Below, piece after piece: positions 37,849-46,000 of a stretch of 64,000 nt of DNA. The notes under the pieces are model-generated. The model saw only the letters and a program-made list of their open reading frames with translations, made no database searches and was not told the origin of the DNA. Position 1 is the first letter of the stretch. The number at the start of each line of letters is the position of its first letter. The stretch covers positions 895 through 64,894 of the forward strand of contig JABIWU010000051.1 in assembly GCA_018701395.1 (NCBI GenBank), given 5' to 3'. A program made the translations under genes and the position numbers. This DNA is from Phycisphaerae bacterium. Its GTDB lineage: Bacteria > Planctomycetota > Phycisphaerae > Phycisphaerales > SM1A02.

Positions 37849-38949
37849 GTGTCAAACCCATTCAAAACAATTGCCACGTGGGTCAACGAGCGAATGCAAT
37901 TGCAATCGTCGATCGGTCCAATCATGTCGCATCGAGTTCCGCTTCGCGCTCGATGGTTTTACGTTTTTGGATCCGCAACACTCACTTGCTTCTTGATGCA
38001 AATTCTAACCGGCATTCTGCTTTCAACCGTTTATGTTCCCAGCGCAGGGGAAGCGTACCAATCTCTTGAATACTTAAATTATGTACAACCCTTAGGCTGG
38101 TACCTTCGAGCGCTGCATGCGTTCTTTGGAAATGCCATGGTGTTTATGCTTCTTTGCCATCTTGTACAAGTCGTTATTTTCGCATCGTATAAATACCCAA
38201 GGGAATTAACGTGGGTATTTGGCGTAGTTTTGTTTTTGTGTGTACTTGCAATGGCATTCTCTGGGCAAATTCTTCGTTGGGACCAAGATGCTTACTGGGG
38301 ACTAGGAATCGGCGCTTCTATGGCTGGAAGGATTCCGATTCTTGGGCCATACGTGGTGCACTTAATGTTAGGCGGTCCGATTATTGGCGGCGAAACTCTT
38401 TCGCGCTTCTTCGCACTCCACGTTTTCGTTTTGCCACTAACCATTGCAGGAGTTATTTTTATTCATGTAATGCTTGTTCTAAAAAATGGCATTTCTGATC
38501 CACCAAGATCAGGCGTTGTTGTTAATCCAAAAACCGAACGAGAGGATTACAAAAAGAGAATTTCTGGTGATGAAGGAACCACTTTTTTCCCAACGCCAAT
38601 TGCACGAGATGCTATTTTCAGTGGCGGACTTGTCATTGTAGTTGCCTTACTTGCCGCAATGCTCGGACCAACTGGACCAAACGGTATTCCAGACCCCACC
38701 ATTATTGACACTTCACCAAAACCAGACATTTGGTTCATGTTCCTCTTTTCTTCTCTTGCTCTCCTGCCCCCAGCAATTGAAACGTTTCTTATTCTTACCG
38801 CTCCTGCCGTGTTAATTCTCGCGCTGTTTTCAGTTCCATTCCTCAGCAACAGCGGTCAACGGCACATTAGTAAACGCCCAGTAACTGCACTTCTTCTTAT
38901 ATTTATTTTCACCGTGTATTTCGTATTAACTTGGCTTGGTTACCAATAA
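37849..38949 (+). CDS. Cytochrome b (fused b6 plus subunit IV-like)
   Basis: GTG start immediately after the Rieske stop. Bis-His helix pairs RALHAFFGNAMVFMLLCHL and FFALHVFVLPLTIAGVIFIHV. 366 aa, multi-TM. Confidence 0.9.
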   Translation: MSNPFKTIATWVNERMQLQSSIGPIMSHRVPLRARWFYVFGSATLTCFLMQILTGILLSTVYVPSAGEAYQSLEYLNYVQPLGWYLRALHAFFGNAMVFMLLCHLVQVVIFASYKYPRELTWVFGVVLFLCVLAMAFSGQILRWDQDAYWGLGIGASMAGRIPILGPYVVHLMLGGPIIGGETLSRFFALHVFVLPLTIAGVIFIHVMLVLKNGISDPPRSGVVVNPKTEREDYKKRISGDEGTTFFPTPIARDAIFSGGLVIVVALLAAMLGPTGPNGIPDPTIIDTSPKPDIWFMFLFSSLALLPPAIETFLILTAPAVLILALFSVPFLSNSGQRHISKRPVTALLLIFIFTVYFVLTWLGYQ

Positions 38950-38964
38950 CCTTGGTCACCAAAA

Positions 38965-39309
38965 ATGCAAGCATGGAGCAGTGACGAAACGCCCATCCAT
39001 TTCATAGAAGGAAGAACACCATTGGAATTAGCTGGTGCCGCTGCCTTTCAATATAAACAGTGCAGAAACTGTCATCAACTTGGTGGCATAGGCGGTGAAC
39101 GTGGACCTGAACTTGATTCGATTGCAACTCGAAAAACAACAAACGAACTTATCCGTCAGGCAATACAAGGCGGAGGAAATATGCCAACATATGGACATAA
39201 TCTTTCTCCGGAAGAGCTAATCTCAATCGTTGCCTTTTTATCCACCCTGCATCCTGAAAATGAAAGCCCAGCTCAAACTGCTGATGTTTCATTGAATCCA
39301 ACAAACTAA
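38965..39309 (+). CDS. Monohaem class I c-type cytochrome
   Basis: CRNCHQLGG haem-binding motif and GGGNMPTYG distal Met region. 114 aa. Confidence 0.8.
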   Translation: MQAWSSDETPIHFIEGRTPLELAGAAAFQYKQCRNCHQLGGIGGERGPELDSIATRKTTNELIRQAIQGGGNMPTYGHNLSPEELISIVAFLSTLHPENESPAQTADVSLNPTN

Positions 39310-39318
39310 ACTACGTCT

Positions 39319-41508
39319 ATGTCTGATTCATTCCAAGCAGCATTGCGTTTATGGACACTTGATTGGTGGACATTACTCGGGGCTGCACTAACATGTGCCT
39401 TGTACTATCGCGGCTGGAGTGGACTACACCGAAGACAACCGACAAAATACACCAAGGCAAGATTAGTCTCATTCATCGCAGGTATTGCGATTCTCGTAAT
39501 TGCAATTGTTTCACCTCTTGATACGCTTGCCGGTGTCTTGTTACAAGTACACATGGCACAACATGTGTTGCTAATGATGGTCATCCCACCACTGCTTTGG
39601 TTGAGTTGGCCAGCTCTTCCTCTTCTCTGTGGCTTGCCATTTACAATTCAAAAATATTGGATCGGTCCATTTTTAATTTCCAAGGGAATGCATTCGTTCG
39701 GTCGATTTCTTGTGCATCCTATTGTTGCATTGACATTATTTGTTTGCACCACTTGGATATGGCATTACCCTCGTGCTTACCAACTGGCACTTGTTAGTGA
39801 CACGTGGCATTCCATCGAGCATGCTTGTTTCCTATGCACAGCATTGTTATTTTGGTTTCCAATTATTGCGCCACAACCTTCAAAACCGGCTTGGCCACAG
39901 TGGGCAATGATTCCATACTTACTGGTAGCGGACATTCAAAACACTATTTTTTCAGCTTTCTTTAGTTTTGCAAGCGAGCCAATTTATTCTTTCTACCCAG
40001 ACCTTGGCTTGTTCGGAACTACGCTACTTCGAGATCAAGCCGCTGCAGGCGGACTTATGTGGGTTGCTAGTTCTGCTATTTTCTTAATACCTGTAGCAAT
40101 CATTTTGAAGAACATGCTTACGAATAAGGAAATGCTTGAGAAACCAACACCTTCAATTCAAAGTACACGTGTACCTCAAACCAAAGCATCTCGTTCGCGT
40201 TGGTTATATTCGATAAAAACAAGAAGAGCCGCACAACTTTTCATGTTTACACTAGCAGTTTTTACAATTGCAGATGGTCTGCTAGGACCAGAACTAGCGC
40301 CAATAAATTTGGCTGGAATATTACCCTGGATTTGGTGGAGAGGTCTTGTAATAATCGCCATACTTGTTGCTGGAAACTTTTTTTGTTATGCCTGTCCGTT
40401 TATGTTTGTTCGCGATCTAGCAAAACTGTTGCCTATTCCTAAAACTCGTTGGCCTCAAACCTTTCGCTCAAAGTGGCTAGCCGTTGCACTGTTTGTTGTT
40501 TGGCTTATGGTGTACGAAGTAATTTCTCCATGGTCATCACCTGCTTTTACAGCGTGGATCATTATCGGTTATTTTATTACTGCATTTTGCGTTGACGCTT
40601 TTTTTACTGGCGCAGCATTTTGCAAATGGGTTTGCCCTATTGGCCAATTTCATTTTGTTCTTTCTATATTTTCTCCATTTGAAATCAAAGCAATTTCAAA
40701 ATCAACTTGCGATACTTGTACAACTCAAGAATGTATTCGCGGGAATGGTTCGCCTATTGCTAGTAGAGGTTGCGAATTAGAACTTTTCGTTCCAACAAAA
40801 CAAGGAAACTTAGATTGCACGTTTTGCCTTGATTGTGTCCGAGCTTGCCCTCATGACAATGTTGCTCTTACTACTTCTTTCCCAGGCATCGACTTAGTCA
40901 ATGGAACATTCCGAGGCTCCATTGGTTCACTTCAACGTTCTGACTACACCGCACTCATGCTAGTTGTCGTCTTTGGAGCATTTGCAAATGCTGCCGGCAT
41001 GATTACGCCAGTTACTAACGCAATTAATAATACATCGCAATGGGTCGGCGCACCTTCAACGGCGCTCATAACTGCTATTTTCATTCTTTCTGCTTCTTTT
41101 ATTATTCCGAGTTTACTTTGCCTTTTGTGTAAGCGATTTGCTCGCACAACTTTTCAGGTCGCGTGGTCACTTGTTCCACTTGGCGTTGCAATGTGGGCAG
41201 CGCATTTGCTTTTTCATTTTTTCTCTTCGTACAAAACAATATTACCAGTTACAAAACGTGCCTTGTACGATATCGGGCTTACGAATATACCCGAAACAAT
41301 GTGGGAAATTACTTCGCCCCCAACTTGGCTTCTGCAAGGCGAACTCTTTTTGATAGTTATTGGTTTCCTTGCTTCTATTGCAATTTGTATTAGGCTTACG
41401 AACACGTTCCGCGAAAGAGCGCCGTGGTGTTTGCTTTCTATATTGTTATTTGTTTCAGGTGCTTGGATTCTTCTTCAGCCTATGCAAATGCGAGGAATGA
41501 TTGGATGA
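39319..41508 (+). CDS. Fusion protein: caa3-type oxidase assembly factor CtaG (COG3336-like) plus FixG/CcoG/NapH-like polyferredoxin membrane domain
   Basis: The N-terminal ~270 aa has VHMAQHVLLMMVIPPLLWLSWP, HPIVALTLF..WHYP and WHSIEHACFLCTALLFWFPII (Caa3_CtaG pattern). The C-terminal ~430 aa has CYACP (40384-40398), CKWVCP (40621-40638), CDTCTTQEC and CTFCLDCVRACP (40816-40851). Confidence 0.75.
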   Translation: MSDSFQAALRLWTLDWWTLLGAALTCALYYRGWSGLHRRQPTKYTKARLVSFIAGIAILVIAIVSPLDTLAGVLLQVHMAQHVLLMMVIPPLLWLSWPALPLLCGLPFTIQKYWIGPFLISKGMHSFGRFLVHPIVALTLFVCTTWIWHYPRAYQLALVSDTWHSIEHACFLCTALLFWFPIIAPQPSKPAWPQWAMIPYLLVADIQNTIFSAFFSFASEPIYSFYPDLGLFGTTLLRDQAAAGGLMWVASSAIFLIPVAIILKNMLTNKEMLEKPTPSIQSTRVPQTKASRSRWLYSIKTRRAAQLFMFTLAVFTIADGLLGPELAPINLAGILPWIWWRGLVIIAILVAGNFFCYACPFMFVRDLAKLLPIPKTRWPQTFRSKWLAVALFVVWLMVYEVISPWSSPAFTAWIIIGYFITAFCVDAFFTGAAFCKWVCPIGQFHFVLSIFSPFEIKAISKSTCDTCTTQECIRGNGSPIASRGCELELFVPTKQGNLDCTFCLDCVRACPHDNVALTTSFPGIDLVNGTFRGSIGSLQRSDYTALMLVVVFGAFANAAGMITPVTNAINNTSQWVGAPSTALITAIFILSASFIIPSLLCLLCKRFARTTFQVAWSLVPLGVAMWAAHLLFHFFSSYKTILPVTKRALYDIGLTNIPETMWEITSPPTWLLQGELFLIVIGFLASIAICIRLTNTFRERAPWCLLSILLFVSGAWILLQPMQMRGMIG

Positions 41509-41936
41509 TTCGATTCCTACTTTTTTGCATACTCTTTGTTTCGCCTTGCTTCGCAGACAATGGACATTTGATTAGTACTTTCAAAACAGATACGTACAAC
41601 GTCGCTATCTTTGCTGAACCATGGCCACTACGAGTTGGTGACATTCAATTTCGCGCAATCGTGACCGACCATGCTGGGAATTTACATATTGACCCCGATA
41701 TTGTGCCATTTGATGGGCAAATACTCACAATCAACATCGCTGAGCCAAGCACGTACACGCTTGAATATTTCCTTGCGGGACTACCTCAAAAGCCCATTCA
41801 ACTTGCAATAGCGCCGAAGGCGTCAATCTTTTCTTTGTATTGGGAAGTGTGGGCATCCTTGATTATTGGGCTAATATTCATCATTTTAAGAGAAATACTC
41901 GCCAAAAACCAAGCCCGTAGGTATCCTAATAGGTAA
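41505..41936 (+). CDS. FixH/YtkA-like small secreted/membrane-anchored protein
   Basis: Signal MIRFLLFCILFVSPCFA, an Ig-like pattern EPWPLRVGDIQFRAIVTDHAGNLHIDPDI and a C-terminal TM WASLIIGLIFIIL. The ATG overlaps the upstream stop (ATGA). The family call is tentative. Confidence 0.45.
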   Translation: MIRFLLFCILFVSPCFADNGHLISTFKTDTYNVAIFAEPWPLRVGDIQFRAIVTDHAGNLHIDPDIVPFDGQILTINIAEPSTYTLEYFLAGLPQKPIQLAIAPKASIFSLYWEVWASLIIGLIFIILREILAKNQARRYPNR

Positions 41937-41948
41937 GGAACACCATTT

Positions 41949-42221
41949 ATGGCAAAAGCAATAGCAGACCCAGAAGAAATCAGACGATTTGCACACGACT
42001 TAAAGCGTTTCAACGATGACTTAACGCATCAGTTGCAACTCATGCGCTCTCGCATGTCATCCCTGTCCCAAAGTTGGCGAGACCAAGAGCAACGAAAGTT
42101 TGAAGAAGAATTCGACTTTACCGTCAAGGCAATGGATCGCTTCGCAAAATCATCCGCCGAACAGATTCCGTTCCTTCTTCGTAAGGCCCAGCGCATCGAA
42201 GAATATTTACAACAACGGTAA
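41949..42221 (+). CDS. WXG100-like helical-hairpin protein (W-R-D variant)
   Basis: 90 aa with no signal peptide. Two predicted helices flank a central SQSWRDQEQRKFEEEF (W at 42075-42077), matching the W-x-G-x5-F layout of ESAT-6/WXG100 proteins with G replaced by D. AAGGA lies upstream of the ATG. Confidence 0.6.
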   Translation: MAKAIADPEEIRRFAHDLKRFNDDLTHQLQLMRSRMSSLSQSWRDQEQRKFEEEFDFTVKAMDRFAKSSAEQIPFLLRKAQRIEEYLQQR

Positions 42222-42224
42222 CAC

Positions 42225-42833
42225 ATGTCACAAGCCGCAAATGTCCGTTCTCTTGAATCGCTAGTTGAGTTTCGTACAGCGCTTGTTAAATATATCGATA
42301 AAGCGAAGCGTTCAATTTCAACAGCAGATTCTGAAGTTTCTCGAACACAAATATGGCTTCAATCTACACAGCCGCTACATTGGAAACATGAAATCAGAAG
42401 AAGCGAGGAAAAACTCGCCCAAGCAAAAAGTGAATTATTTCGTGCAACTATTTCTCAACCCGACAATCCAAGAGGTCCAACTGATCAAATTCGGCTTGTA
42501 AAAAAACGGCAAGATGAAATAAAATTTGCTGAAGAAAAACTTGAACGAACCAAACGATGTTCAAGACATCTTGAACATGAACTCAATGAATATCGAGGGG
42601 CTATGACTCCATTAAGCAGTTCGCTTGACGGTGACATGAACAAAGCCGTAAGCATTTTAGAACGCGCAATAAGTTCACTCGAAGCATACATCGCGACTAC
42701 TTCGACCTCTGCAGACGAACTACTCGGCGACGCACAACAAGTCAAATCCATCGCACGAAAAGGTAAAGACCAAACAAAGGAGGTCGACGATGAGCATGCC
42801 GACAGCGACAGCGCAACTGACAAAAGCAACTAA
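42225..42833 (+). CDS. Coiled-coil protein of unknown function with acidic C-terminal tail
   Basis: 202 aa, heptad-rich (EEKLAQAKSELFRA, EIKFAEEKLERTK), ending in KEVDDEHADSDSATDKSN. It starts 3 nt after the preceding stop. Confidence 0.6.
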   Translation: MSQAANVRSLESLVEFRTALVKYIDKAKRSISTADSEVSRTQIWLQSTQPLHWKHEIRRSEEKLAQAKSELFRATISQPDNPRGPTDQIRLVKKRQDEIKFAEEKLERTKRCSRHLEHELNEYRGAMTPLSSSLDGDMNKAVSILERAISSLEAYIATTSTSADELLGDAQQVKSIARKGKDQTKEVDDEHADSDSATDKSN

Positions 42834-43002
42834 AGCCATGCTGTATCAATGGCAAGTGGCTAACGAGCATTGGAATGACCCCGTGAGCAAACGGCTTGAA
42901 GAGAAACACATCGAGCCCCTTCTCCTAGCTGTTCGTAGTGCTATCGGAGCGATGGATTCAATGGGCGAAACTATCGCCAAAGCGCAGAATGAGTGTTCCT
43001 GA
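42790..43002 (+). CDS. Second small WXG100-like protein (W-N-D variant), paralogous to 41949-42221
   Basis: 70 aa. NEHWNDPVSKRLEEKH (W at 42871-42873) aligns with SQSWRDQEQRKFEEEF of the first protein. A perfect AAGGAGG (42777-42783) sits 6 nt before the ATG at 42790, even though this start overlaps the upstream gene by 44 nt. Confidence 0.6.
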   Translation: MSMPTATAQLTKATKAMLYQWQVANEHWNDPVSKRLEEKHIEPLLLAVRSAIGAMDSMGETIAKAQNECS

Positions 43003-43029
43003 GTGCTACAATGCTAATGCATAACTTCT

Positions 43030-46000
43030 ATGACTAAATCATCACTTCAACATCAAAAAAAGCAGATTGCCTTTGTTCGCTCATTAATTCGAGAAACAAC
43101 TTCTAGCGAGCTAGAACTACAAAATCGAATCAAAATTGAACGTGCCTCTGCTATTGAATTGCAAAAACAAAACCTTGAAGCATGTGTAGAGAAATTTAAG
43201 CAAAAGCGTGAAACTGCTGGGCAACGCAAAGAGGGAACGATAACCGAGGTTCAAGATCGACGCGAACTTGAACCTGAATTACTCAAGCAAAAAAACGATC
43301 AACGAATCGTTGAAATTAATTCACAAGCTGAAGATTTAACTGAAGATACAGAAACTAAATTAGGCGAAGCAATCTGGCTTGCAGAATCTGTTTTCGAAGG
43401 TGCTATTTCAGTTCCAAGAGAGCGCGCTCAAGAAGAACAAAATGCATTAGAAGATTGCAAAGAAGCTCTCCACTTACTCATTGAGGAAGCACCGAAGACG
43501 CTATCTAAATTACGTCAAAAGCAAGACACTCATCTAACCGAATGTACAAAAACCGCAGATGACACCATGGCAAATTATGTCAAAGGCGCAACTGAAGCCC
43601 TAGGCGCTATTCAAAATGATCCTAAAGCAAAATGGTGTTCTGGTTTTAGGCCAGTATTAGTTGTTGGAATTGCCGCAGCAGCTGGAGTTGGCGTCGGAGG
43701 AGCGTATACAAATTGGGCTCTTACGTTGCCATTTTTTGCATTCGCAATTGGAGCAATATTAATCTCAGTACTAGCAATTATTTTCACTTTTGCTTCTGGT
43801 CGTAATTCCGTCAAGAAAAAGTATGCGCAGTTCTCATCATGCATTCAATCAGCAAAACTCTCCTACGAGACTTCTCGTAATTCAATCGACGTAAAGCGAC
43901 GCGCAGAAGAAAAAGGGATCACTACTACTCGTGATATTGAAATCAAAAAAGCGGAAGACAAATACAAACCAAGACTAGACAACGTTGAAAGGCTTCTCAA
44001 AAAAGACATTGATAAAGAGAAAGTGAAATTCAAAAGTGTCGGAGCCAAACTAGCTACTAAAATTGAAACCGACTTAGCCGAAGCATCCTCAACCTTTGAA
44101 GCAAGTATTGTCAAATGCAACAGTGACGAACAAGCCGAGATTGATCAAATAAAAACCACTTTCACAGAGACGATGCAGTCCATTGATAATGAAGAACGTG
44201 ACACAATGGAAGCGTTGTCAAACCGTTGGAACTCCAACTTTGCATCGTTTCACGCAGACACAGACAGCCAAATACAGAGTGCGATTTCTAATCACCCCAC
44301 TTGGGATTCTAGTTGGGACGCTTGGGAACCCCCAGCGCAATCTATCATGGATGTTCCCGTCGGCGCATTCGAAGTAGACCTTGCCAACATTGCTGGCAAT
44401 TTACCATGCAGTGAATCCTTCCAATTACAAGAGGCGACTGTGATTTCGCTTCCGCTGAATGCTACGCTTCCAAATCACACATCCGTACTTGTATCTTCAA
44501 CAGGAAAGCGTCGAAGCGACTCAATTGCTTTTTTACAAAGCACAGTGTTGCGAATGCTCACTTCTATTCCACCTGGAAAAGTGAAATTCACATTGATTGA
44601 CCCCGTTGGTCTTGGCCAAAGTTTTGCGAGCGTGCTTCATCTATCGGATTACGAAGAGTCTCAGTTACTCGATCGCGCTTGGACTGAACCAAGACATATC
44701 GAAACGCAACTCGCACGACTTACTGAGCACATGGAAACTGTTATTCAAAAGTATCTACGAAATGAATTTGAATCGATTGATGCGTACAACGAACAAGCGG
44801 GAGAAATTGCAGAGCCCTATCGCTTTTTAGTAATCGCTGATTTACCGAACAACTTTTCTGAAACAGCGGCAAAGCGCTTAACCAGCATTATTACCAGCGG
44901 TGCTCGTTGTGGCGTGCATGTCATTATACATCGAGATATTTCACTACCTCTTCCTGCTGGTATAGACGAGGACACATTACGAAGAATTTCCGTACGCATT
45001 GTTGAAGATGATGCCAGATTCTGCATTGACGAAGAAGAACTTCGAGACTTGCCACTTACAATTGAATCTCCGCCAGCTGAAGATATTGCTTCAGCAATCG
45101 TTAAGCAAGTTGGCGAAACTGCTGACAGCACGCATCGAGTCGAGGTTCCGTTCAGTGTCATTTCTCCAGCAGCCGATAAAATTTGGTCGCGGTCAACAAA
45201 AGATAAGGTTGAAATTCCACTTGGAAAATCTGGCGCTACAAGACTTCAAAACTTAACGCTTGGCAGAGGAACTGCACAGCACGCACTTATTGCCGGAAAA
45301 ACTGGCTCAGGCAAATCAACACTCTTACATGTTTTAATTACGAACCTTGCGCTTTGGTATAGCCCAGACGAAATAGAATTTTATCTAGTCGACTTTAAAA
45401 AAGGCGTCGAATTCAAAACCTACGCAACACATAAATTGCCGCACGCACGAGTCGTCGCCGTCGAAAGCGACCGTGAATTCGGCATAAGTGTTTTACAAAG
45501 AATTGATGCTGAATTAAAACGTCGCGGTGAATTATTTCGAGAGTTAGGCGTGCAAGATATTGCTGGGTTTAGAGACAAATCCACAGAACGAATGCCACGA
45601 ATTCTTCTTATCATTGATGAGTTTCAAGAACTTTTCGTTGACGATGACAGAGTTGCACAAGAAGCGAGCTTATTACTTGACCGCTTAGTTCGGCAAGGCC
45701 GAGCGTTTGGAATCCACGCAATCATGGGTTCTCAAACTCTAGACGGTGCCTATACCTTGAGTCGTTCAACTATGGGGCAGATGGCTGTACGCGTTGCGTT
45801 GCAGTGTTCAGAACAAGACAGTTACATTATTCTAAATGAAGACAATGCAGCCGCTCGTCTTCTTTCAAGGCCCGGCGAAGCCATTTACAACGATGCCGCA
45901 GGTAATATTGAAGGCAATAGTCCATTCCAAGTTGTTTGGTTGAATGACAAAGAGCGTGAAATGTTCATCAAAGATTTAATCACGCGTGACAAAGGCAACG

